From the NCBI GenBank assembly GCA_035438225.1, contig DAORHY010000001.1, forward strand, positions 1-40,357: a DNA stretch of 40,357 nucleotides. The letters are read 5' to 3'. Within the stretch, counting starts at the first letter, position 1; each line of letters starts with the position of its first letter. The notes below the pieces were generated by a model. The model was not told the DNA's origin, ran no database searches, and was given only the letters and a program-made list of their open reading frames with translations. This document shows positions 19,582-27,868 of the stretch, piece by piece. Source of the DNA: Bacteroidia bacterium. GTDB lineage: Bacteria > Bacteroidota > Bacteroidia > AKYH767-A > 2013-40CM-41-45. The translations under genes and the position numbers were made by a program.

Positions 19582-20130
19582 TCATTTTTTCGAAGAATAG
19601 CCGGCTCTATAACCCAATAAATAACTTATTGGTGCAAGTATCAGATAAGTCAAAAGTTGAATCGGCCAGGGAGGATTTACCACACGAATTTCGTCCATAT
19701 GTTTTAACCCCATTAATGGTAACTGCAAAAACGGAGGCATGCCTTTATCACTGAGTTTGGCGTCTTTAGCGAGTGCAAAAAAGGACTCAAAAAATTCGTC
19801 AATATGAAGCGCGGGAGTAAATTGCTGAACAGAGTGCGCTTCTGTATCGTCCTCATTCCAAAAACAATGGGGAGCACCGGCAGGGATAACAATCTTTTCG
19901 CCTGGCCCAACTATTTGTTCCTTGCCATTCACCACGAAATGAAGTCTCCCCGAAATTACTTTAGCAGAACTTTCTTGTTTGGGATGAACATGCATTGGCT
20001 CTCTCATGTCCGATTTAGGATTGAAAGATTCAATTTCCAATAGTTGCCCATTTGTTTCCTTGCCTGTTTGAAGGAAAATCATTTGTTGCCCTGTCCGTAC
20101 GTTTGTGATTTTGTCTCCTTGCTTTGCCAT
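19582..20130 (-). CDS. Cupin-domain protein with C-terminal hydrophobic tail
   Basis: The 182-aa product has a cupin core (EPMHVHPKQESSAKVISGRLHFVVNGKE...GEKIVIPAGAPHCFWN). The C-terminus PWPIQLLTYLILAPISYLLGY is hydrophobic. Confidence 0.7.
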   Translation of the reverse strand: MAKQGDKITNVRTGQQMIFLQTGKETNGQLLEIESFNPKSDMREPMHVHPKQESSAKVISGRLHFVVNGKEQIVGPGEKIVIPAGAPHCFWNEDDTEAHSVQQFTPALHIDEFFESFFALAKDAKLSDKGMPPFLQLPLMGLKHMDEIRVVNPPWPIQLLTYLILAPISYLLGYRAGYSSKK

Positions 20131-20313
20131 TGCTTTTAGGTTATGAAATTTATACGTTTTTACGTCTCAGTTACCGTGTCGAATGCCAGTCACCATTACC
20201 GTTTTGCGACCAACCGCCGTTTAGTGCGATGTCCACCTGCACGTTTGAGTGCAACATGCAAAAAAATGTTGGTTGGTTGCTGTTAGCGGCTCGTTGTTTT
20301 GCCTTGGTTTATG

Positions 20314-20760
20314 TCATTCGTTCAGAGAACGAATGCCTTGATCTTTAAGTTTTGTTAGTGCATCTTTCATAGCTTTCACCTGCTCGTCCGGGTGTCCTTG
20401 CCAAACGGAAACTTCTCCTACAACTTTAAACGGTTGCATCGAACGATAAGATTTTGTCGGATTACCCGGAAATTTTTTGTCTGTCAGGTCGGGGTCGTCT
20501 TCAATTTGTCCGGTTGGTTCTACTAAGTAAATTCTTCCCCGTCCTTCACCAATGGCGAGTTCTGCTCCCCAAATTGCAGCGTCCAATGTTGCGGTCAGGA
20601 AAATATATTTTGCATTTCTTCTTTGTCCAAAATTGGAGTGGTTTCCAGCTTCAATTAAGTCGCCAACTTTAAGGTCTGCTTTTGTCCCGTGAAAATACGT
20701 TTGAGCAAAAGGCGTCGGGCCTTTTCCGAATGATTTTTGTTCGTCTTTGCCCTGTTCCAT
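20314..20760 (-). CDS. arr: NAD+--rifampin ADP-ribosyltransferase (Arr family)
   Basis: The 148-aa product is collinear with Arr-2 as I recall it. Shared blocks are YFHGTKADLKVGDLI, YIFLTATLDAAIWGAELA, GRGRIYLVEPTGQIEDDPDLTDKKFPGNPTKSYRS and VWQGHP. Confidence 0.88.
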   Translation of the reverse strand: MEQGKDEQKSFGKGPTPFAQTYFHGTKADLKVGDLIEAGNHSNFGQRRNAKYIFLTATLDAAIWGAELAIGEGRGRIYLVEPTGQIEDDPDLTDKKFPGNPTKSYRSMQPFKVVGEVSVWQGHPDEQVKAMKDALTKLKDQGIRSLNE

Positions 20761-21303
20761 TTGTAATTATTTATTTCTGAATGATTGTTCGTCTGTCGTC
20801 CAACAATGGCCGTTAACGAAGAAGAGGTTAAAGAAGTAAAATAAACGGTTGGCGGTATGGCCAGTAAGGGATTACGGGCGATTTCCTAACAGGTTCGACA
20901 AAAAGTTGAAGCGAGTTACAATCCTTCGCAAACCATTGAAACCCTTATTGGCTTTCCAGCGTGTTGTCCGCTGTATTTATCGATATTCAGGTGTTTAAAT
21001 TATAATAAGGTTTATTGTCCACGTTACAGTATCGTTTCTTGAAAAAATGCAGCATCAAGGACACAAGGACAGATAGTAGCTATCTCACACAATAACTGGA
21101 TTCCATCAGCCGCAAAATGAAAAATACCTTATCCTACAGCACTACTGGTGAAAATAAAATTGGGAATCCAACGTTTTTCAGCCAATTCGATATCCATGAG
21201 TCAATAAGAATTAAATATTTTGTTAAACCTGGTTTACAAAGTCCATGACTTTAATGTTGTCTGTTTCTTCAATTTGCCCGGTTCAGTTCATGATAATACG
21301 AAT

Positions 21304-21714
21304 TTATAAAGAATAATCACCAGCTGCTTCCGGTTGATAAATAATTTCATCAATCCGAATATTTGTAAGACCCGCAGGAACAATCCATTCTATTTCATCA
21401 GCAACTTTATATCCAATCAGTGCTGTCGCAATTGGTGAAAAAATTGAAATTTTATTTTCCTTTAAATTTGCCTGGTCCGGATACACTATCTGAAATTGTA
21501 CCTGCTTATTGTTATTCAAAAAACTCAATTTTACAATTGAATTCATTGTAACAACATTTGAGGGTATAGCTTCAGGCTCCACAATCTCGGCAGAATCCAA
21601 TTCTTTAATTAATTTTTCAGCTTCTGCGTTGCTAATTGATTTAAATTGCTTCGCATCGCTAATGGACTTTTTTATGCGTGCGTAATCAAGTCGGTTAATA
21701 ATTATCCTTTTCAT
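21304..21714 (-). CDS. rnk: GreA/GreB-family regulator, Rnk-like (nucleoside diphosphate kinase regulator type)
   Basis: The 136-aa product has a short N-terminal helix (LDYARIKKSI...AEKLIKELDSAEIV). Its C-terminal Gre-type FKBP-like domain reads VTMNSIVKL...IFSPIATALIGYKVADEIEW. Confidence 0.75.
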   Translation of the reverse strand: MKRIIINRLDYARIKKSISDAKQFKSISNAEAEKLIKELDSAEIVEPEAIPSNVVTMNSIVKLSFLNNNKQVQFQIVYPDQANLKENKISIFSPIATALIGYKVADEIEWIVPAGLTNIRIDEIIYQPEAAGDYSL

Positions 21715-21740
21715 AATTAGTAATTTATAAAATATTCATT

Positions 21741-21748
21741 CAAAGATA
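21741..21748 (-). promoter_or_regulatory. -7 promoter box (TATCTTTG) of the rnk-like gene
   Basis: The minus strand reads TTGTATCTTTGAATG, ending 27 nt upstream of the ATG at 21714. Confidence 0.45.
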
Positions 21749-21870
21749 CAAGTTTATAAATTGAATAGCTATCAATTAGTTTAGATGGCTCGTCAATACG
21801 AAACAAAACGGTCATCAGCCGAAATTCTTTTTCAGAGCAAGTATCCACGCAACCGCCGGTTCCAATTTTG

Positions 21871-22653
21871 TCATATCGCCTTTCGGGGTTTTGTGGTGAA
21901 CTGTTTAAAGTTTGTCAATTTACTATCCCTGAATGTAAAACGATGCGCGTATTCGGATTCCATATTTTGCGTACTGCCCGTCGGTTTAAAGATCGTATCA
22001 AACAATAAAAGTACATCGTCCCCATCAGCAAAATATTTTACTGGTTCAAATTTTATCACCTGACCTGAAGCTGCTACCTCTTCAAAAAATTTAGTAACCC
22101 CGGCCTTCCCCTCAAATACAACAGGGTTTTTAATAAATGGGTTATCTCTGACATCCCAGGCAATGTTTTCATCACACGCATCAAGAATTCCATCGATATT
22201 TCTCTTTTTAAAATTATTATATATCCCTAAAACAAGATGGGTAGCGGGATTGGTTATGGCACTATAACCTATTTGGTAAAATAGTTCATTCGGATTAGTT
22301 GGCCTGCGTGATAGAAATTTGCCCGAAGCATCGAAATGAATGACTTCGATGGTGTTGATATTAATTTTTTTACCAGACGGAGGCAGAAAGCCCAGCACTT
22401 TTCCTGTATTGGTGCCTGTGGTCGTTGTTTCCACAAATACCCGACTCCCATCCACTGTAATGCCATTGACCTGAATGCTCAGGTCGGGAAACATTTCATT
22501 GTATGTTTTATATGAAATGATAGCCGGGTCAGAACTTTTGAAAGCCGGTCCCCCGGCTGAATAATCAACAAACTCCGGAGCACAGAGGCCTTTAAATGTT
22601 TCATAGTCACCTTTGCTTAGACTTTCATAAGCGAGTGTTACATTATTTTTCAT
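21871..22653 (-). CDS. Tandem SnoaL/NTF2-like protein (ester-cyclase-like N half, ketosteroid-isomerase-like C half)
   Basis: The 260-aa product has an N half YESLSKGDYETFKGLCAPEFVDYS...VFVETTTTGTNTGK...NINTIEVIHF. The C half is IYNNFKKRNIDGILDACDENIAWDV...YAHRFTFRDSKLTNFKQF. The family is assigned from the motif pattern only. Confidence 0.6.
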   Translation of the reverse strand: MKNNVTLAYESLSKGDYETFKGLCAPEFVDYSAGGPAFKSSDPAIISYKTYNEMFPDLSIQVNGITVDGSRVFVETTTTGTNTGKVLGFLPPSGKKININTIEVIHFDASGKFLSRRPTNPNELFYQIGYSAITNPATHLVLGIYNNFKKRNIDGILDACDENIAWDVRDNPFIKNPVVFEGKAGVTKFFEEVAASGQVIKFEPVKYFADGDDVLLLFDTIFKPTGSTQNMESEYAHRFTFRDSKLTNFKQFTTKPRKAI

Positions 22654-22807
22654 ATTTCTGCTTTTGGATTGCCGGCAAGATCACGCGGGAGGAATTTCAA
22701 GCTAAGAACTAAACAGTGTACTAATTTCTTCCTCATTTGTTTATCCTGTATTTCATGTATGATGTCGTAAACTGACGGGCAACTATAGTTGAATTAAAAC
22801 CACAAGC

Positions 22808-22953
22808 ATGGCACACAACGAAGAAGGGTTTAAAGAAGTAAAAAAAGAAGGGTTTAGATGCATCCCGCTCGAGCGGGATTCGTTTACCCACAATGTTTGT
22901 TAGAAGCACAACTGTTTGTTTACCTCTCAAAGCCCTTCTTTTTTAATTTCTTT
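22808..22953. repeat. Nested palindromic element
   Basis: The outer arms are AAAGAAGTAAAAAAAGAAGGGTTT (22832-22855) and AAAGCCCTTCTTTTTTAATTTCTTT (22929-22953). They enclose a perfect 18-nt palindrome, ATCCCGCTCGAGCGGGAT (22862-22879). The left end overlaps a mini-ORF motif also found at 20806-20844. Confidence 0.55.
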
Positions 22954-23007
22954 CCATCTTGATGTTATTGGCAGTTTTTCTTTCGTCTGTTGTGGTTACA
23001 AATTTAT

Positions 23008-23796
23008 TTAATTGCAAGGTTGCTCTTCCAGTTTGCCATAAATGTTTCCGTCAAAATCTTTCTGGTCATTGCCATATTCAAGTCTGATTATTTTGCCACA
23101 ATTTACTTGTATAACGAATGCAAAATCTTCCATTGACGCAGACATGTTACCTTTCCCATTCGTTATATGGTCAAGATAACCTGGTAGAGAATTTTTTAAA
23201 GGTTCAATATTATCTCCAACTTTGAATTCAGGAATTGTTTGTCTGATAATTTTAGTTCTTACTTCATCAGTCGTAAAACGAAACATCGCAGCAAGAGCAA
23301 TAGTCGGCAGCAACCATAAATATATAAAGAGAAAGATTGCTGGAGATAGAAAAAAAATGATTTTTATAGAAGGTCGTTTGAATAATAAGTCAACCAATTT
23401 GTCCGACTTTATCAGCAGAGAGTAGGTAAGACCGAAAAACAATCCTATTAAAGTTGCCAAAGGCAGGAACATAATGACCAAGTCAAAACTGCGGAAAATT
23501 CCACCGACTAAGATTGAATATGCCAATGCACCGTAAATTGCTGTGATTAAAAGAAAAATTTTGGGTTTGAATATCTCTCTTGAATGGTCAAGTCTGTTAA
23601 GAGGATAAATAATAAAAGTAGCCCAAGCAAGTGTAATAAAAAGTCCAGACCAATACATTACTACACCGCTGTCGTCTGCATTCCCGTCTTTCCAAACAAG
23701 ATAAATGGAATAAAGTATACTTGTGAGTGCCCACGCAGTTATCATTGAGAAAAAACTCAATGTTTGCTTTACACTATTTAGTTTCGGAGTTGTCAC
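23008..23796 (-). CDS. Hypothetical polytopic membrane protein with C-terminal soluble domain
   Basis: The 262-aa product has about 6 hydrophobic helices (FSMITAWALTSILYSIYLV, LFITLAWATFIIYPL, IFLLITAIYGALAYSILVGGIF, VIMFLPLATLIGLFFGLTYSLLI, IIFFLSPAIFLFIYLWLLPTIALAA). I recognise no family. Confidence 0.6.
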   Translation of the reverse strand: MTTPKLNSVKQTLSFFSMITAWALTSILYSIYLVWKDGNADDSGVVMYWSGLFITLAWATFIIYPLNRLDHSREIFKPKIFLLITAIYGALAYSILVGGIFRSFDLVIMFLPLATLIGLFFGLTYSLLIKSDKLVDLLFKRPSIKIIFFLSPAIFLFIYLWLLPTIALAAMFRFTTDEVRTKIIRQTIPEFKVGDNIEPLKNSLPGYLDHITNGKGNMSASMEDFAFVIQVNCGKIIRLEYGNDQKDFDGNIYGKLEEQPCN

Positions 23797-23804
23797 TGTT
23801 TGAG

Positions 23805-23987
23805 TTAGCGATCCAGTTTGTTCGGAGCGTTAAAATTGCCGATAATACCTTCAGTTACACAATATGTTGGTTCAGTATAATTCAAAGATACATTTTGAAT
23901 TAGATCACAACCCGTAGGAGCAGTTGCGCCGCAAACTCTTGGCTGTTCGGATAAATCCCATTGCCTATTCGTCCCATTCCCAACCAT
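23805..23987 (-). CDS. Possible 60-aa small protein, start overlapping the upstream stop (TAATG); may be spurious
   Basis: The ATG at 23987-23985 shares a base with the TAA of the 126-aa gene. The ORF contains the orphan CRISPR-repeat-like sequence, so coding status is doubtful. Confidence 0.2.
   Translation of the reverse strand: MVGNGTNRQWDLSEQPRVCGATAPTGCDLIQNVSLNYTEPTYCVTEGIIGNFNAPNKLDR
23866..23911 (-). repeat. Orphan, degenerate copy of the CRISPR repeat
   Basis: The plus strand reads GTTGGTTCAGTATAATTCAAAGATACATTTTGAATTAGATCACAAC. It shares an uninterrupted 18-nt core (TCAAAGATACATTTTGAA) with the array repeat. It also shares the GTTG(G)TTCAGT start and the identical ATCACAAC end, for roughly 80% identity. 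The orientation matches the array, which ends 4.5 kb away at 19342. Confidence 0.65.
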
Positions 23988-24367
23988 TACTTTCTCTTGT
24001 TGAGTGCAACGATCAATACCGATGACACACTACACATGACCACAGCTGCAACGATGAGTGCATTTTCTTTTTGTGAAATTCCAACAAAGAAGTCGCCAAC
24101 AAACATTACGAAAAAGAAGAGATAAGCAAGGGTCAGCATGGGAACTGATTTTTTGAACGTGGCAAAACCAAAGATAAAACCAAGAGCAAATTGCCGGGCG
24201 GCCCACATGTAAATAATGTAGTTCACGCCTTTGGCAGTAAGGTCAACGGTTTCCAAAACCGATTCCGGCGAAAAGCACAAGGAGAAACTCACGCCCAGTT
24301 CCATGATTGCAAAAAGTCCGGATACAATGAGTATCCATGTGGGTACCGTTTTTTGTTCTTCTTTCAT
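23987..24367 (-). CDS. Small 4-TM membrane protein, hypothetical
   Basis: The 126-aa product has four hydrophobic segments (WILIVSGLFAIMELGVSFSL, YIIYMWAARQFALGFIFGFA, MLTLAYLFFFVMFVGDFFVGI, LIVAAVVMCSVSSVLIVAL). Confidence 0.6.
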   Translation of the reverse strand: MKEEQKTVPTWILIVSGLFAIMELGVSFSLCFSPESVLETVDLTAKGVNYIIYMWAARQFALGFIFGFATFKKSVPMLTLAYLFFFVMFVGDFFVGISQKENALIVAAVVMCSVSSVLIVALNKRK

Positions 24368-24466
24368 GGTAATATTTTTTTCAAATGATTGACCGCCAAA
24401 TTTATAAATTCCGGTTTCGTGGCAGCTTTTAGCTCCTCTATTTCCTTTTCTTTTTTTGTATAAATT

Positions 24467-24661
24467 TTAACTTTTTTCCATTGCCTGCCTGACACCCGAC
24501 AAAATCAACCGGAGAACCGAATTTTCACCTGGCACGGTGCACCCCGGATCCGGGAAACACCAAACTCCTGCTGTCGCCTTGCCCGGATCAGTGATTCCGG
24601 TACTTGCATTTCCCGGGTTAGCCTGTCCGGAGTTTGTATCATGATTTATAGGATTACTCAT
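24467..24661 (-). CDS. Possible 64-aa Pro/Gly/Asn-rich small protein, start overlapping upstream stop (ATGAGTAA)
   Basis: Within ORF-track frame 24467..24736, the internal ATG at 24661 overlaps the TAA of the 214-aa lipoprotein gene. The product is MSNPINHDTNSGQANPGNASTGITDPGKATAGVWCFPDPGC.... There is no family support. Confidence 0.25.
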   Translation of the reverse strand: MSNPINHDTNSGQANPGNASTGITDPGKATAGVWCFPDPGCTVPGENSVLRLILSGVRQAMEKS

Positions 24662-25298
24662 CCCCAACAAAATTGCCATCTTTGTAAATAGTGATGCGAT
24701 CCGGCTTTTCTCCCTTGCGGTGCAAATAATTTTCAACTTCTATTTTGTCCAGGTCAAATGCGTTGGTTGAAGTGTTGCGGGTAAAATTAATAAAACAATC
24801 ATACTGATGTTCTGAACCATTTGAGAATACGACAAGCACAAACGCTGCGCTCTCCTTGTCAACCCATCCCACCATGTTGACGTAAACCAAAGATTTTCGT
24901 TCTGCCTGTTTTTGTTGCCCGGCCTCCGGGGTCACAAGTCTGATTTGCGTTTGCTCTATGACCTCCGGTAGTTCGATGTCCGGAAAATCATCCGGTTGAC
25001 CGTAAACATGCTTTCCAAAAAATAAAGTATCAAAAGTGGTCTTGTCCCTTTTGTATATTGCTTTGATAAACTCAGCAATGGCTTGCGTATACATTTTTGT
25101 CAGTGAATCTTTCTGCATCCCGCTCAAACTATCTGTCATAGCAGAGTTAGTCTGCTGACCTTTAACTAAAGAATTGTCGGCAATGATTTTGTCCGTCCCC
25201 GGTGTGTCTCCCGCAGGATTTGAGCAAGCAGTCAGCCAAATGCAAATTGTCAAAATGAAAACTGTCATTGTTGTTTTATTTATGTTCATACTGTGCAC
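24654..25298 (-). CDS. Hypothetical lipoprotein
   Basis: MTVFILTICIWLTACSNP is a signal peptide with a lipobox. Alternative starts are at 25298, 25289 and 25268. I recognise no family. Confidence 0.6.
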   Translation of the reverse strand: MHSMNINKTTMTVFILTICIWLTACSNPAGDTPGTDKIIADNSLVKGQQTNSAMTDSLSGMQKDSLTKMYTQAIAEFIKAIYKRDKTTFDTLFFGKHVYGQPDDFPDIELPEVIEQTQIRLVTPEAGQQKQAERKSLVYVNMVGWVDKESAAFVLVVFSNGSEHQYDCFINFTRNTSTNAFDLDKIEVENYLHRKGEKPDRITIYKDGNFVGDE

Positions 25299-25477
25299 TG
25301 TCGGTTGATGTTAGCACTGTCAGCCGGGCATGCTGGCTAACGCTTCAGGACCTGGGTTTCAGGCGGGTTTCGGTATCAATACTGTCAACCCTCACCCGTA
25401 TTTAAGCAGTAGCACAATACTTCGTGTTTGCACAGCAGGCCGCCGGAGGCAAATCCCGTATTCGTTTCGTTGTTTTT

Positions 25478-26032
25478 TCAATTGTTTTGTTTGAGCAAGG
25501 CCTCCAGCTTTTGAAACGATGCTGTCCAACCCACTTTCATTGCTTCTTTCATACTTGCAAACGTCTGTTCTTCCTGTTCGGTTGCAGAACCATAAATGTT
25601 CCATTTCACCGTCACCGTTGTGGTGTTTTCATCTTCTGAAAATTTTACGGTGGTCAATAAATAGTCGGGATAGGTGTCGGAAAATGGAGCTTTGATAAAA
25701 TTGCCGTTTTTGTCACAAAAATTTTGAGTATACACGAAAAGCCGGTGAGGCTGAATCGTCTTAAAATTGATTTGTCCAAATTTTATCAGACCGTCCGAAG
25801 TCGTCATTGTCCAGAGTGAACAACCTCCTTCTCGTACATTTGCGGATAAAAATTTCATTTGCGCTCCGTCTGGCCCCAGCCAGCTTGAAAACACATCGGG
25901 CGTTGTCCACATTTCAAATGCTTTTTTCAGGTCAGTTTTGAATGCATGGCTGATTTCAAAAGTTGCGTTCCGGTTCACTTTTTTCTTGTATGTTTTGTTG
26001 TGGTGATACGAAGGCAATGCAAAGAATTTCAA
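25478..26032 (-). CDS. SRPBCC-superfamily protein (AHSA1/Aha1-like START fold)
   Basis: ATFEISHAFKTDLKKAFEMWTTPDVFSSWLGPDG...TTVTVKWNIYGSATEQEEQTFASMKEAMKVGWTASFQKLEALL matches the AHSA1-type pattern. The true start is probably internal, for example the GTG giving VNRNATFEI. Confidence 0.65.
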   Translation of the reverse strand: MKFFALPSYHHNKTYKKKVNRNATFEISHAFKTDLKKAFEMWTTPDVFSSWLGPDGAQMKFLSANVREGGCSLWTMTTSDGLIKFGQINFKTIQPHRLFVYTQNFCDKNGNFIKAPFSDTYPDYLLTTVKFSEDENTTTVTVKWNIYGSATEQEEQTFASMKEAMKVGWTASFQKLEALLKQNN

Positions 26033-26146
26033 TCTGAAATTTTTTGGCTATACCCATGGGATGGACTGGTTTTTTTGTCCGGATATCGCAATACAATCTG
26101 GCAGGATACGCACAGTACTTCACACAAACAATCCACGCTTTTTCTA

Positions 26147-27526
26147 TCATGGACTGGTCTTACTGATTACCCAGGTATGTTTACTGAATTGACCTATAAT
26201 GAACCAAATATCAACCCCATCTTTCCGGACGCGTGCAGAAACCTGTGACAACTCAATACCTTCAAAACCTTCGTCCTTCAGTTTATCCATATAGATTCTT
26301 CTATGGTCACTATCCCTGAATTTGAATGTAACAACTACGCCATCCTTTGGGGAATCTACTATGGTCTCTGGTCCAACCGCCAATGCACCGTTTGCTGTAT
26401 ATTCAACTACACCGTCTTTTGAAGCACTGGTATAGTTCGCGCCATACTTTTGAGTGTAAGCCAACAAGTCTCTGGCAGAACCATTTCTCACCTGTTTTAC
26501 GACTTCGAATGGATTCATTTCCGGCTGGTATCCGATTGAAGAGGCTTTGTAATTTCCATCCACTTCTTTCCCATAATAATCAATTGAAAAATTTCTGCCA
26601 AACCGTTTCACTTCTGCTTTCCCTTGAGAGAAAGGCCTCGCTTTATCATACTGAACGGGGACAACCAAATATCCAAGCTTGTCGATGTATCCATATTTTC
26701 CATCGGAGGAATTTCCTTTTCGTACTGCCGCCAAGCCTTCAGAGAATTCATCCGCTACATCATCGTAGTTCATCCAGTCAATCATCAACTTGCCGGTTTT
26801 GTCGATAAAGCCAACATTCCCGTGCAGTTCTACCGATGCTATACCGTCAGCGAAATACCCTGCCTGATCGTATTGAATTGGAATGATTGCAGTATCCGAT
26901 GAATCAATAAATCCCCATTTGTCATTGAGTTTAACTTTTGCAAGACCTTCATGAAAATCATCCATGTCATCGTATTTAAAGGGAATAATTTCCTTTTCTG
27001 TTTTGTCTATATAACCCCATTTGCCGTTCAGCCGGACTTTTGTGATCCCGGTATTAGAAAACCACCTTGCAGAATAATCATACTTAAATGGATAAACTAC
27101 ATTTCCGGTTTTATCAATATACCCGCACTTTCCGTTTAAATATACCGGAGCCAAACCATCAGCGAAATCCCGTGCATCTTCGTATTTTATCGGGATGATT
27201 ACTTTTCCTTTTGTATCCAGAAAACCTTGCTTATCATTCAATTTAACCCTTGCCAGCCCTTCAGAAAATTCCCAGGCAAAGTCGTATTTAATGGGGATAA
27301 TTGCTTTGCCTTTCTCGTTGATAAATCCATATTTTTTATCCAGTTTCACTCTTGCCAATCCCTCTTTGAATTTTTCTGCTTCTTCATATTCCGCCGGGAT
27401 TACTGCGTTTCCGGACTTGTCAGTATAGCCCCACTTATTGTTTTTGTAAAAAGATCTCAATTCCTGTGCATGAATTACAACAGGTAAATTCAGCAGAAAG
27501 CAAAGTACCAGAGTCAATCTATTCAT
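26147..27526 (-). CDS. WG-repeat (KWG) containing secreted protein
   Basis: The signal peptide is MNRLTLVLCFLLNLPVVIHA. At least 9 tandem units of K-W/Y-G-F/Y-I-D-x-x-G-x-x-x-I-P-x-x-Y-D follow (NKWGYTDKSGNAVIPAEYE, KKYGFINEKGKAIIPIKYD, GKWGYIDKTEKEIIPFKYD, and so on). Confidence 0.85.
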   Translation of the reverse strand: MNRLTLVLCFLLNLPVVIHAQELRSFYKNNKWGYTDKSGNAVIPAEYEEAEKFKEGLARVKLDKKYGFINEKGKAIIPIKYDFAWEFSEGLARVKLNDKQGFLDTKGKVIIPIKYEDARDFADGLAPVYLNGKCGYIDKTGNVVYPFKYDYSARWFSNTGITKVRLNGKWGYIDKTEKEIIPFKYDDMDDFHEGLAKVKLNDKWGFIDSSDTAIIPIQYDQAGYFADGIASVELHGNVGFIDKTGKLMIDWMNYDDVADEFSEGLAAVRKGNSSDGKYGYIDKLGYLVVPVQYDKARPFSQGKAEVKRFGRNFSIDYYGKEVDGNYKASSIGYQPEMNPFEVVKQVRNGSARDLLAYTQKYGANYTSASKDGVVEYTANGALAVGPETIVDSPKDGVVVTFKFRDSDHRRIYMDKLKDEGFEGIELSQVSARVRKDGVDIWFIIGQFSKHTWVISKTSP

Positions 27527-27868
27527 TTGTCTTTTTTTTAGCCCGGATTAATTTATTTTTTTACTTCCCGGTTCCCCGGAGGTTGGTGCTTTCCACCAGT
27601 ATTTTTATAATATAACGAACAGCCGAAAATTGTCAATCGGATTTTCTGCAGTTTCCTGTCCGTGGTCTTTTTGGTTGTTTTATGAACTTGCAAATAACGG
27701 TTCTGCGGCTACCGGAAGGTGGCGGTTTTCAAAGGACATCACCATCAACCAAGCACAAACCTTGATAGACACTCATCTCTTGATTTGACGACTGAACCGA
27801 CACTTTGGGGTAGCGGTCGTACTAAGCTGTATTTAGTTCTTTGTTTTCCTGAGGTATTCTTGAAACTG

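Noticed and set aside
20885-20905. GGTTCGA-containing stretch that briefly looked like a tRNA T-arm or att-site remnant
   Set aside because: There is no complementary T-stem, acceptor stem or CCA-proximal sequence. It does not fold as a tRNA fragment.
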